Assembly: GCA_045535455.1 (NCBI GenBank)
Contig: JAZSLQ010000114.1
Span: forward strand, 1 to 57,402
Direction of reading: 5' to 3'
From: Kiritimatiellia bacterium
Lineage (GTDB): Bacteria; Verrucomicrobiota; Kiritimatiellia; RFP12; UBA1067
Length of the DNA: 57,402 nt
Both the position numbers and the translations under genes were made by a program. Below, piece by piece: positions 18,692 to 28,414 of the stretch. Position 1 is the first letter of the stretch. Each line of letters begins with the position of its first letter. A model generated the notes under the pieces. It was not told the origin of the DNA. It did not search any database and saw only the letters and a list, made by a program, of their open reading frames with translations.

Positions 18692-21139
18692 ATGGCGGAC
18701 AAACCCCTCTATTATGGAAGCAGCAAGGCCTCTGGGCCTATGTACTATAGCGGCAAGGGCCCTATGTACTACGGCGGCAGGCAGAACCCTATGTATTATG
18801 GCGGAGGACCTAAGTACGGCGGGGCATATGGCGCATATGGTTCCTATGGTTCGTACGGCGGATATGGTGGAGAGGTCGACGACGGTTCGATAGTCGGCAC
18901 TATCACTATGAGCCGTATGCTCAGGGTCGTCTCGCAGCGGTGGCTCTCGGTGTTCGTGTTTCTTCTTGTCGGACTTATAGTTTCGTTTGCGGTCTACCGC
19001 ATATCACCGACAATCTACGAGGCGAAGAGTGAATTCACCATCGACATGAGGCGTGTTACCAGGAGTTCCTCGAACGCCCTTGACGAGACGTTGCCGGACT
19101 TTGGCGCAAACTACGCGGAAATCTTCAATACGCGAATATCCGACTGGCGGTCCGAGAAGATCGTGCTGATGATTCAGCAGCAGTACAGGACGAGCAATCC
19201 CGCTTCTACGGTCTCGGACGACGATATAGTGGCGACGCTCGGCGACTCGAAGCTAGAGCTCCAGCGCAATTCGCGCATAATTACCATATCCGTCCGATCC
19301 AAGTCGGCGCAGCTCGCTGCGGCGCTCGCGAACGCCTACGCCGAGTCTATCGAGGCTTACACCGACGAGGAGAATAAGGTTCGCTGCGATAAGGCCGTGA
19401 GTCAGACGCACGAAAACGTCGAGAAGAAGCGCCGTGACGTAGACAAGATAACAAAGCAGCTTCTTGATTTCCGCACGACGCACAAGGTTGACAACCTCCG
19501 CTCTTCGCGCGACACGATCCAGCAGGGGCTGTCCAAGACGACAGCCGACGTTCTGGCGCTCGAGACGCAGGAGACGCAGCTTATCGAATGGGAGAAGCTT
19601 CTTACCGAGGTACAGAAGGACCCGGAGACGTTTGGCTCGCTTGCTTCCGGCGTCCCGCGCGCCGAGGAAATCGCGAAGGAGTACCGCGCCTTTCAGGACG
19701 CATCGGGTGCCTACCAGAGCCTTCTTGTGTCCTATACCGAGAACCATCCCGAGGTGGTTGCGAAGAAAAAGGAGCTCGACTACGCGCGCCAGAGGTTCCT
19801 TGACGCCAGCTCGCGTGCGCTTCTGACCGGTCGCTCTACGCTTCAGGTCGTCCGCAACCAGCTCTCGATGCTTCGCCAGAAGCAGTCCGACTTGAGGAAT
19901 GACCTCGCTTCGGTCGAGCAGCAGATCGTCTTCGCCGAGTCCGGGCTTGGCAAGCTTGAGGCAGAGTACGGTGTTGCGCATCGTCTTCTTGAGAGTCTCA
20001 TTCTCGAGGAAAACAAGATGCGAATTCAGTCCGAGGCCAACAACGAAATCGTTCGCGTTGCGCGCCAGGCGTCCGTTCCGTCGAAGCCTGTCCTCCCGAA
20101 TCCTATAATAATATTCGGCATCGGCGTGGTGCTTTCGGTCGGTCTTGGGTTCCTGTTTGTTCTCGTAATCGACAATCTCGAGGATACGGTCGTGAACCTT
20201 GCCGACATTGAGGGCCGTCTCGCCCTTAAGGTGTTGGCCGTTTTCCCGCATGTCCGCCGCAAGCGCCGCGAGCAGGTCGCAAGGTTTCTTATCGACGACA
20301 AGTACTCGCAGTTCTCCGAGTCGGTCGCGGGCCTTAGAAACCTTCTCGATTCGCCCCGCTACGAGGCCTTCACGCACTGTCTCCTCGTCATTTCGACGCA
20401 GCCTGGCGAAGGTAAGACGATCACTTCGACTTCGCTTGCAATCTCTCACGCCCAGACAGGCAAGAAGGTCCTCCATGTCGACTTCGACTTGAGACGTCCG
20501 CGCCTTGCGAAGATCTGGAACCTGGAGCTCACCAAGGAAAACAGCTTCTCGCACGTTTTGCAAGCCGCGAACGGCGGCGACAAGCCGGATTTCTCGAAGC
20601 TTGTCAACAAGTCCGAGGTCAATGGACTTGACGTGATATGCTCACTTCCGCCAGATGGCGTGTCCCCTGCCACCATATTTGGCTCCGCGGCCGTAACCGA
20701 TTTCTTCGAGTGGGCGCGTGCCAACTACGACCGCATCGTCATAGACGCTCCGCCGTATGGCGTTGTAGGCGACGTCGTTTCGCTTGCCGTCCAGGCCGAC
20801 TCGGTTCTCATCATGTGCTGCCCCGACCGCACCCACTTTAGGCCGATACAGTACTGTTCGCGGAGTCTTACCGAGGCCGGTGCCAACATTCTCGGCGTCG
20901 TCGTCAATGACGTTGAGGTCTCGAATGTTTCCGTGTTCGACCCAACGTCCCATCGTCACTACAGCTATGGCTATGGCTACGGCTATGGTTACGGCTATGG
21001 TTACGGCTACAGGCCGAAGAAGGACAAGGGCGAAGCGGACGGCAAGAACGCAGACGCCCAGCCGGCGCAGGGCACGGAAGGCGAATCAAAGGACGTGAAG
21101 CGCAGGATCGTCCACGAGGAGCTCACCGATGAGGAATAG
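18692..21139 (+). CDS. wzc: Polysaccharide co-polymerase / tyrosine autokinase
   Basis: Two TMs, coiled coil with [27 protein letters not shown]-terminal (YG)n cluster. Confidence 0.92.
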   Translation: MADKPLYYGSSKASGPMYYSGKGPMYYGGRQNPMYYGGGPKYGGAYGAYGSYGSYGGYGGEVDDGSIVGTITMSRMLRVVSQRWLSVFVFLLVGLIVSFAVYRISPTIYEAKSEFTIDMRRVTRSSSNALDETLPDFGANYAEIFNTRISDWRSEKIVLMIQQQYRTSNPASTVSDDDIVATLGDSKLELQRNSRIITISVRSKSAQLAAALANAYAESIEAYTDEENKVRCDKAVSQTHENVEKKRRDVDKITKQLLDFRTTHKVDNLRSSRDTIQQGLSKTTADVLALETQETQLIEWEKLLTEVQKDPETFGSLASGVPRAEEIAKEYRAFQDASGAYQSLLVSYTENHPEVVAKKKELDYARQRFLDASSRALLTGRSTLQVVRNQLSMLRQKQSDLRNDLASVEQQIVFAESGLGKLEAEYGVAHRLLESLILEENKMRIQSEANNEIVRVARQASVPSKPVLPNPIIIFGIGVVLSVGLGFLFVLVIDNLEDTVVNLADIEGRLALKVLAVFPHVRRKRREQVARFLIDDKYSQFSESVAGLRNLLDSPRYEAFTHCLLVISTQPGEGKTITSTSLAISHAQTGKKVLHVDFDLRRPRLAKIWNLELTKENSFSHVLQAANGGDKPDFSKLVNKSEVNGLDVICSLPPDGVSPATIFGSAAVTDFFEWARANYDRIVIDAPPYGVVGDVVSLAVQADSVLIMCCPDRTHFRPIQYCSRSLTEAGANILGVVVNDVEVSNVSVFDPTSHRHYSYGYGYGYGYGYGYGYRPKKDKGEADGKNADAQPAQGTEGESKDVKRRIVHEELTDEE

Positions 21140-22202
21140 TCGGCGCTGCATAGTCACGGGAGGGTGTGGCTTCATCGGTTCTGCTCTCGTTCGCCATCTT
21201 TGCCGCGAGGGCCGTGACGTTCTCGTCATAGACAAGCTCACCTATGCCGGCAACGTCGAGTCGCTCAAGGAAGTCGAGGGGAAATACAAGCTTCTCGTCG
21301 AGGACATCTGCGATCAGGCGGCGATGGACCGCGCGTTCGAGGAGTTCAAGCCCGACACGATTTTCCACCTCGCCGCAGAGTCTCATGTTGACCGCTCTAT
21401 CGACGGACCAGGAGAGTTTGTACGAACGAACGTCGTCGGCACGGCGACGCTTCTCCAGTCGGCGCTCAAGTGGTGGCGCACAAATCCGAATTTCGTCTTC
21501 CAGCACATCTCGACCGACGAAGTCTACGGCACTCTCGGCGACAATGGCTTCTTCACCGAGAAGACCCCGTATTCGCCTCATTCGCCCTATTCCGCTTCGA
21601 AGGCGTCGAGCGACCACCTCGTCCGCGCGTGGCATGACACGTACGGCATGCCGGTCCTGATTACCAACTGCTCGAATAACTACGGCCCGTATCACTTTCC
21701 AGAGAAGCTCATTCCGCTCATCATCTTGAACTGCCTTGATGGAAAGCCGCTACCCGTTTATGGCAAGGGCGCGAACGTGCGCGACTGGCTCTACGTCGAC
21801 GACCACGTCAAGGCGCTTTGCCTCGTGAACGCGAAGGGCGTCCCTGGCGAAACCTATAACGTCGGCGGCCACAACGAGCGCACGAACCTCGAGGTCGTCA
21901 AGACGGTCTGCGCCATATTGGACGAGCTTCGCCCATTGTCCCGGACGTCCCGTTCGTCCCGTCTGTCCCGTTACTCAGACCTTATCACCTACGTTGCCGA
22001 CCGCCCGGGGCACGACCTTCGCTATGCGATTGATCCTGCGAAGCTGATGAACGAACTCGGCTGGAAGCCCGAGGAGAACTTCGAGACCGGCATTCGCAAG
22101 ACGGTGCAGTGGTACCTCGACAACGAGTGGTGGTGGAAGCCCATCCACGAAAAGAAGTACGCCGGGCAACGGTTGGGAAAAAGCCTAAAGTTTAACGCAT
22201 AA
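21129..22202 (+). CDS. rfbB: dTDP-glucose 4,6-dehydratase
   Basis: [44 protein letters not shown]. Confidence 0.95.
   Translation: MRNSRRCIVTGGCGFIGSALVRHLCREGRDVLVIDKLTYAGNVESLKEVEGKYKLLVEDICDQAAMDRAFEEFKPDTIFHLAAESHVDRSIDGPGEFVRTNVVGTATLLQSALKWWRTNPNFVFQHISTDEVYGTLGDNGFFTEKTPYSPHSPYSASKASSDHLVRAWHDTYGMPVLITNCSNNYGPYHFPEKLIPLIILNCLDGKPLPVYGKGANVRDWLYVDDHVKALCLVNAKGVPGETYNVGGHNERTNLEVVKTVCAILDELRPLSRTSRSSRLSRYSDLITYVADRPGHDLRYAIDPAKLMNELGWKPEENFETGIRKTVQWYLDNEWWWKPIHEKKYAGQRLGKSLKFNA
21938..21973 (+). repeat. In-frame 9-bp tandem repeat (GTCCCGNNN x4)
   Basis: gtcccggac gtcccgttc gtcccgtct gtcccgtta, encoding [12 protein letters not shown]. Confidence 0.75.
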
Positions 22203-22212
22203 AGGAGAAAAC

Positions 22213-23220
22213 ATGAACCAGGCAGAGAAAGAGCGCCTTGCCCGCGTCGGCAAGACCTTCAACGCAAAGAAGTACATCAAGGAAGAGATCGAGGCGATCA
22301 AGAAGCAGGTCGGCGACAAGAAGGTCCTGCTCGCGCTTTCCGGCGGCGTTGACTCGTCCGTCTGCGCGGCTCTTCTCTACAAGGCCATCGGCAAGCAGCT
22401 CGTCTGCGTCTTCGTCGACCATGGCTGCATGCGCCTGAACGAAGGCAAGATGATCAAGAAGGTCTTTAAGGGCCAGTTCGGCGTGAACCTCATCGCGCTC
22501 GACTGCGAGAAGCGCTTCCTCGAGAAGGCCAAGGGCGAGACCGATCCTGAGAAGAAGCGCAAGATCATCGGCGGCGAGTTCATCAAGGTCTTCGCCGACA
22601 CGGCTCGCGACCTCCAGAAGAAGTACGGCAACATCGAGTTCCTCGGACAGGGCACGATCTATCCCGACATCATCGAGTCGGGTGTCGGCGGGCACAAGGC
22701 GGTGAAGGCTCATCACAATGTCGGCGGCCTCCCCAAGGACATTCTCTTCAAAGGGCTCGTCGAGCCCGTCAAGTACCTCTACAAGGACGAGGTCCGCAAG
22801 GTCGGCAAACTCCTCGGGCTTCCCGACGAGATGGTCATGCGCCAGCCGTTCCCAGGTCCCGGTCTTGCGGTCCGCTGCATTGGCGAGCTCACCAAGGAGA
22901 AGCTCGACATCCTCCGTCAGGCGGACTTCATCTTCCGCGACGAGATGCACAAGGCGGGTTTCGACAAGAAGGCCCAGCAGTTCTTCGCGATCAACACGAA
23001 CGTCAAGTCCGTCGGCGTCAAGAACGGCGCTCGCACGTTTGGCTATGTGATCGCCATCCGCGCGATCTCGACTCAGCAGTTCGTCAAGGCGGGCATCGTC
23101 GAGCTTCCGTTCGAGTTCGTGACTAAGGTCGCCGAGAAGATCGCCACCAAGGTCAAGGGCGCGAACCGCGTCGTCTGGGACATCACCCCGAAGCCTCCGG
23201 CCACGATCGAGTGGGAATAA
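22213..23220 (+). CDS. guaA: GMP synthase ATP-pyrophosphatase and C-terminal domains only (no glutaminase domain)
   Basis: LSGGVDSSV, GQGTIYPD, HHNVGGLP, RQPFPGPGL, KPPATIEWE; 335 aa with its own AGGAG SD. Confidence 0.85.
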   Translation: MNQAEKERLARVGKTFNAKKYIKEEIEAIKKQVGDKKVLLALSGGVDSSVCAALLYKAIGKQLVCVFVDHGCMRLNEGKMIKKVFKGQFGVNLIALDCEKRFLEKAKGETDPEKKRKIIGGEFIKVFADTARDLQKKYGNIEFLGQGTIYPDIIESGVGGHKAVKAHHNVGGLPKDILFKGLVEPVKYLYKDEVRKVGKLLGLPDEMVMRQPFPGPGLAVRCIGELTKEKLDILRQADFIFRDEMHKAGFDKKAQQFFAINTNVKSVGVKNGARTFGYVIAIRAISTQQFVKAGIVELPFEFVTKVAEKIATKVKGANRVVWDITPKPPATIEWE

Positions 23221-23288
23221 GGGGTCAGTAGTCAGGAGTTGGAGTTCAGAGTTGGAGTTAGGGGTCAGGAGTTAGGAGTCAGGGGTCA
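23221..23288 (+). repeat. Degenerate 6-7-nt tandem repeat, about 10 units (GGRGTYA)
   Basis: Fills the whole guaA-argC intergenic region. Confidence 0.85.
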
Positions 23289-24242
23289 GTGAAGAGAGTT
23301 TTCATTGATGGCAGTGCCGGGACGACCGGTCTCAGGATCCGCGAGCGGCTTTCGTCGCGAGCGGATCTTGAACTAATCGTGCTTCCCGACGAGGTTCGCA
23401 AGGACGTCTCTGCAAGGCGCGATGCGCTGAATTCCTGCGACGTCGCCTTTCTCTGCCTCCCCGATGCGGCGGCAATAGAGGCGGTCTCGCTCGTAGAGAG
23501 CCCGAACACCGTCATCATCGACACCTCTACCGCGCACCGCACGTCTGACGGCTGGGAATACGGCTTCCCCGAACTCGCCGGCCGCCGCGCTGCAATCGCG
23601 AAGTCGAAGCGCATCGCGAACCCCGGCTGCCATGCTTCTGGCTTCATCGCTCTCGTCGAGCCGCTTGTCCGCGCGGGAATAGTCGCAAAGGACGAAAAGC
23701 TTTCGGCCTTCTCGCTCCCCGGCTATCCCGGCGGTGGCAAGAAAATGATAGCCCAATATGAAGACGAGCTGCGTGCGCCATCGGGGGGTGCGGGGGATCC
23801 CCCCCGTCCATTCCAACTGCTCCTCGGCGGCCGCCAGTATGCGCTTGGCCAGTCTCACAAGCATCTCCCCGAGATGGTGAAGGTCTGCGGCCTTGCTGCC
23901 GCGCCTTGCTTCTCGCCGATCGTCGTGCCGCACTACAGCGGCATGGAAGTGACGGTGCCGCTTTTTGACCGCGATCTCGCGGCGATAAAGGCGTGCTACC
24001 GTGACTACTACCAGTCTGGGCTTGTCAGCTTTGTCGACGATCCTGCGGCGGCGGAAGGGGGCTTTCTCTCGTCCGCCGGGCTTTCCGGTCGCGACTCTCT
24101 CGAAGTCTCTTGCTATGGCAACGGTGAGCGCGTCGTTCTCGTCGCACGCTTCGACAACCTCGGCAAGGGCGCGTCGGGCGCGGCGATCCAGAACATGAAC
24201 CTCGTCCTCGGCTGCGCCGAAGACGAAGGTCTTGTCAGGTGA
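23289..24242 (+). CDS. argC: N-acetyl-gamma-glutamyl-phosphate reductase (short type)
   Basis: VFIDGSAGTTGL, DTSTAHR, IANPGC, DNLGKGASGAAIQNMN. Confidence 0.93.
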   Translation: MKRVFIDGSAGTTGLRIRERLSSRADLELIVLPDEVRKDVSARRDALNSCDVAFLCLPDAAAIEAVSLVESPNTVIIDTSTAHRTSDGWEYGFPELAGRRAAIAKSKRIANPGCHASGFIALVEPLVRAGIVAKDEKLSAFSLPGYPGGGKKMIAQYEDELRAPSGGAGDPPRPFQLLLGGRQYALGQSHKHLPEMVKVCGLAAAPCFSPIVVPHYSGMEVTVPLFDRDLAAIKACYRDYYQSGLVSFVDDPAAAEGGFLSSAGLSGRDSLEVSCYGNGERVVLVARFDNLGKGASGAAIQNMNLVLGCAEDEGLVR

Positions 24243-24979
24243 AGACAAACTTCCACACTCACACGACGTTTTGCGACGGCGCGGGAACGCCAGAGCAGAT
24301 GGTCGTCTCCGCGATTGAAAAGGGCTTTGGCGTCCTTGGCTTTTCATCGCACTCCGACATGGTGAAGGACCTTGACGACTACAAGGCGGAGATTCGCCGC
24401 CTTGCCGCGAAGTACGAAGGAAAGATTCGCATCCTCTGCGGCATCGAGGCGGAGTACGACACCGGTTTCAAGCGTGGCGACCTCGATTATGTCATCGGTT
24501 CGACGCACTACATTACTGCACCCGACGGTGGGCGTTTTGCGTTCGATGCCACGCACGACGGACTTTTGAACGGCGTTCGCGACCATTTCGGCGGCGATTT
24601 TGTCGCGTTTCTCCACGCATACTTCGCGCAGGAGCGGGAGATGGTGGCGAAGTACGACTGCGACGTCATCGGGCATCTCGACCTTGTGCGCAAGTTCAAC
24701 ACGAAGTTCCCTTACTTCGACGAGAGCGCCGACTGGTATCGCGCCGAACTTGTCAAAACGGCCGATGTTGTCGCCGCGTCGGGTCGGCTTGTCGAAGTGA
24801 ACACTGGCGCGATTTCGCGTGGTTGGATGGACGACGCCTATCCGTCGGCCGAGTTCCGTGCGCTACTGCGGGAGAGAGGAGTAAAGTTCATCCTCTCGTC
24901 TGATTCACATGCGCCCGATACGCTCGACTGCGCCTTTGACCGGTTTTCCGCCGCTGAATCCTACGTCACGCTCGCCTAA
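24239..24979 (+). CDS. PHP-family histidinol-phosphatase
   Basis: [25 protein letters not shown] metal-binding motifs. Confidence 0.85.
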   Translation: MKTNFHTHTTFCDGAGTPEQMVVSAIEKGFGVLGFSSHSDMVKDLDDYKAEIRRLAAKYEGKIRILCGIEAEYDTGFKRGDLDYVIGSTHYITAPDGGRFAFDATHDGLLNGVRDHFGGDFVAFLHAYFAQEREMVAKYDCDVIGHLDLVRKFNTKFPYFDESADWYRAELVKTADVVAASGRLVEVNTGAISRGWMDDAYPSAEFRALLRERGVKFILSSDSHAPDTLDCAFDRFSAAESYVTLA

Positions 24980-25980
24980 GCGCGGTTCGTGGCGGGCTCG
25001 AGCCCAAGCGTGCGCCACGCGAGCGGAGTTGCGACGCGGCCCTTGGGCGTTCTCTCGAGATATCCCTCCATGATGAGGAACGGCTCATACGCCTCCTCGA
25101 TCGTGTCTGGCTCCTCGCCGACCGAGACGGCCACCGTCGAAAGCCCGACTGGGCCGCCGCCGAACTTGACGCAGACAGTCTCGAGGATGCGTCTATCCAT
25201 TTCGTCGAGGCCGTGGGGATCGATCTCGAGAAGCGAAAGCGATTCCTTCGCGACGTCCCCCGTAATGAAGTTGCCTGCCCTTACCTGGGCATAGTCGCGC
25301 ACACGCCTAAGGAGGTTGTTCGCGATGCGCGGAGTGCCGCGTGCGCGACGTGCGATTTCGAGAGCGCCGTCTGCATCGATATCTACGCCGATTTTTGCTG
25401 CGCTTCTTGTAACGATTTCCGCGAGGTGGCTTGGGTCGTAGTAGTCGAGACGGTTGACGAATCCAAAGCGTGCGCGAAGGGGAGCTGCGATGAGTCCGAT
25501 TCTTGTGGTTGCGCCGACGAGCGTAAAGCGCGGGAGTTCAAGCCGCACCGACCGGGCGTTCGGCCCCTGGTCGATCATGATGTCTATTGCGTAGTCCTCC
25601 ATCGCGGAATACAGGTACTCTTCGACTGTCTTTGCCATGCGATGGATTTCGTCGATGAAAACGATGTCGCCTGGCTCAAGAGAGGTGAGGAGCCCCGCGA
25701 GGTCGCCTGGCTTCGTGATGACGGGGCCCGATGTCGTCTTTACGTTGACGCCCATCGCTTCGCCGAGAATGTAGGAAAGCGTCGTCTTTCCGAGGCCGGG
25801 CGGCCCCGAGAAGAGGACATGGTCGAGCGGCTCGCCGCGCTCCTTCGCGGCCTTGACCGCGAGAAGCATGCGGTCGCGCACCTTGTCCTGCCCGACGAAT
25901 CCCTCGAAGTCAGTCGGGCGCAACTTGTTGTCGAACGCCGTCGACCGATTCAGCTCTTCGCTCTTTCGCTCTGCTTGCAT
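24976..25980 (-). CDS. ruvB: Holliday junction branch migration ATPase RuvB
   Basis: [37 protein letters not shown]; start reset to ATG 25980. Confidence 0.95.
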   Translation of the reverse strand: MQAERKSEELNRSTAFDNKLRPTDFEGFVGQDKVRDRMLLAVKAAKERGEPLDHVLFSGPPGLGKTTLSYILGEAMGVNVKTTSGPVITKPGDLAGLLTSLEPGDIVFIDEIHRMAKTVEEYLYSAMEDYAIDIMIDQGPNARSVRLELPRFTLVGATTRIGLIAAPLRARFGFVNRLDYYDPSHLAEIVTRSAAKIGVDIDADGALEIARRARGTPRIANNLLRRVRDYAQVRAGNFITGDVAKESLSLLEIDPHGLDEMDRRILETVCVKFGGGPVGLSTVAVSVGEEPDTIEEAYEPFLIMEGYLERTPKGRVATPLAWRTLGLEPATNRA

Positions 25981-25988
25981 TAGCCAAT

Positions 25989-25997
25989 ATTGTACCA
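25989..25997 (-). promoter_or_regulatory. Extended -10 promoter of ruvB
   Basis: TGGTACAAT on the minus strand, 8 nt before ATG 25980. Confidence 0.6.
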
Positions 25998-26045
25998 AAT
26001 ATCGTGCCCAGCGGGTAGTCCGTATCGTCGGGTGAGCCGAGAATT

Positions 26046-26054
26046 TGGTATAAT
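26046..26054 (+). promoter_or_regulatory. Extended -10 promoter of pgi
   Basis: TGGTATAAT; AGGA SD before ATG 26085. Confidence 0.7.
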
Positions 26055-26084
26055 ATACAACCAAAAGCAAAAGGACGAAGAATC

Positions 26085-27725
26085 ATGACAAACACCGACA
26101 AATGGGCGCAGTTGGACGTGGCTATGACCGCGTCTGCGAAGAAGACGATCAAGGAACTGTTCGCTGAGGACAAGGCGAGAGCCGCGAAATTCACCGTCGA
26201 GGCGGCGGGCTGGACGCTCGACTACTCGAAGAACCGCATCGACGAAAAGGTCATGAAGGCCCTCGTCAAGCTTGCGAAGGAGTCGAATCTCAAGGAAGAG
26301 ATCGAGAAGATGTTCACCGGCAAGAAGATCAACGCGACCGAGGGCCGCGCCGTTCTTCACACCGCGCTTCGCAATCTCAACAAGGCCGATACTGTCAAGG
26401 TCGACGGCAAGGACGTCCTCAAGGACGTTCGCAAGGTCCTCGTCCAGATGGGCGACTTCTCCGACAAGGTGCGCCAGGGCAAGTGGAAGGGCTTTGCCGG
26501 TCGTCGCATCAAGAACGTCGTAAACATCGGCATCGGCGGCTCGGACCTAGGCCCCGTAATGGCGAACATCGCGCTTACGCCCTACACGAAGCGCAACATG
26601 AAGTTCTTCTTTGTCTCCAACGTCGACTCGACGCACCTCGCGGAGACTCTTCGCCAGGTCAGGGCTGCGGAGACGCTCTTCATCATCGCGTCCAAGACCT
26701 TCACCACGCAGGAGACGATGTCCAACGCGCTCGCCGCGAAGGAGTGGTTCCTCGCCGAGGCGAAGAAGGCCGGTCTTTCGAAGAAGGACGCCGAGGCAGC
26801 CGTTGCGAAGCACTTCGTCGCCGTCTCCACGGCCGCGAAGGAAGTCGCCGCGTTCGGCATCGACACGAAGAACATGTTCGGCTTCTGGGACTGGGTCGGC
26901 GGCCGCTATTCGCTCCCGAGCGCAATCGGCCTCTCGCTTATGATCGCGATTGGCCGCAACAACTACAAGAAGCTCCTCAAGGGCTACTACAAGATGGACC
27001 GCCACTTCAGGACGGCTCGCTTCGAGCGCAACATGCCCGTCATCCTCGCGCTTCTCGGCATCCTCTACCACAACGGCTACGGCGCAGAGAGCTACTGCGT
27101 CCTTCCCTACGACCAGTATCTTTCGCGCTTCCCGGCGTATCTCCAGCAGATGGACATGGAGTCGAACGGAAAGAGCGTCGACAAGCAGGGCAACGGAGTC
27201 TCCTACTCTACGGGCCCGATCGAGTGGGGCGAACCTGGCACCAACGGCCAGCACTCGTTCTACCAGCTCATCCACCAGGGAACGCACCTGATCCCCTGCG
27301 ACTTCATCGGCTGCTGCAAGACGCACAATCCGATTGGCGACCTCCACGACAAGCTGATGGCGAACCTCTTCGCGCAGACCGAGGCGCTGGCGTTCGGCAA
27401 GACCGAGGACGAGTGCCGCAAGGAAGGCGTTCCCGAGAAGCTTGTTCCGTTCAAGACTTTCGAGGGCAACAAGCCGACGAACACGCTTCTCTGCGACCAG
27501 CTCACCCCCGAGACGCTTGGCGCGCTCGTCGCGCTCTACGAGCACAAGGTGTTCACGCAGGGCGTGATCTGGAACGTGTACAGCTTCGACCAGTGGGGAG
27601 TGCAGCTCGGCAAGGTGCTCGCGAAGGGCGTTCTCGCCGATCTCACCGCCAAGAAGTTCAAGGGCGGGCACGACTCGTCCACGAACCAGCTCATCGCCCG
27701 CTACCGCGCCGTCCTCGGCCGATAG
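26085..27725 (+). CDS. pgi: Glucose-6-phosphate isomerase
   Basis: [39 protein letters not shown]. Confidence 0.97.
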   Translation: MTNTDKWAQLDVAMTASAKKTIKELFAEDKARAAKFTVEAAGWTLDYSKNRIDEKVMKALVKLAKESNLKEEIEKMFTGKKINATEGRAVLHTALRNLNKADTVKVDGKDVLKDVRKVLVQMGDFSDKVRQGKWKGFAGRRIKNVVNIGIGGSDLGPVMANIALTPYTKRNMKFFFVSNVDSTHLAETLRQVRAAETLFIIASKTFTTQETMSNALAAKEWFLAEAKKAGLSKKDAEAAVAKHFVAVSTAAKEVAAFGIDTKNMFGFWDWVGGRYSLPSAIGLSLMIAIGRNNYKKLLKGYYKMDRHFRTARFERNMPVILALLGILYHNGYGAESYCVLPYDQYLSRFPAYLQQMDMESNGKSVDKQGNGVSYSTGPIEWGEPGTNGQHSFYQLIHQGTHLIPCDFIGCCKTHNPIGDLHDKLMANLFAQTEALAFGKTEDECRKEGVPEKLVPFKTFEGNKPTNTLLCDQLTPETLGALVALYEHKVFTQGVIWNVYSFDQWGVQLGKVLAKGVLADLTAKKFKGGHDSSTNQLIARYRAVLGR

Positions 27726-28360
27726 TGGTGGCGCGTCCGCGGCGGGGCGAGTTTTGGCTTAGGGCTGGAATCGCCGCGCCGCCCGATGGTTCGCCCTCGC
27801 TTTCGCTTCGGGTTGGGTCGTGCACCGCACGAGCCACCGACAAGCGGCGGTTACCGCGGGGCTCTCGTTCGGCTCCAGGCTCGCGACGGCTTTCGCACAT
27901 CAGACAATAAGCTGAGTTTAGCCATAACCGCCGCGCAAGCGGGGCTCGCGTTTTGTAGCGAGCCAAGCCGAGCGAAGCGAGTGCCGAGCCATGCCTCGGC
28001 GTCTATCACTGGTTGCGTACACAAGTCACTCTTACGCCTGCGGCCTTCCGCCTACCTCACCCGCGACCATCGGCTCGGCTTGGCTTGGCTATAGCCGTGC
28101 GGCGGAAAACAGCATGCCGCCGAAACACCCCCACCGCTCGGCTCTCGGGCTTCGCCCTCGGCTATCCCCTCGCTACGCTCGGCACCCCTGATTGACATCG
28201 CCTTCGGCGACTCCTCCCTTCGGTCGTCGGGGGATATCTCACTTCGTTCGGCGGTTACTCCGCGCATGGCTCCTTCACACGCGTCGCCTTGACCCGACCT
28301 TCCGCTGCGGCGCGTTTTTCTTCGTGGCTTTTGCGCCCGCCGACGTTCCATCGGCGAGCT
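27726..28360. repeat. Non-coding mosaic of short GC-rich hairpins (REP/MITE-like)
   Basis: GGGCTTCGCCC, TCGCCTTCGGCGA, GGCTCGC..GCGAGCC; shares blocks with 13383-13408 and 57345-57358. Confidence 0.6.
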
Positions 28361-28380
28361 TAACTTCGAGCGTGATAATA

Positions 28381-28389
28381 TGCTATAAT
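28381..28389 (+). promoter_or_regulatory. Putative pre-crRNA promoter
   Basis: TGCTATAAT, 25 nt upstream of the degenerate first repeat, on the strand implied by tracrRNA pairing. Confidence 0.65.
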
Positions 28390-28414
28390 ACTCATGTTCT
28401 TTGAAAATTCAATG

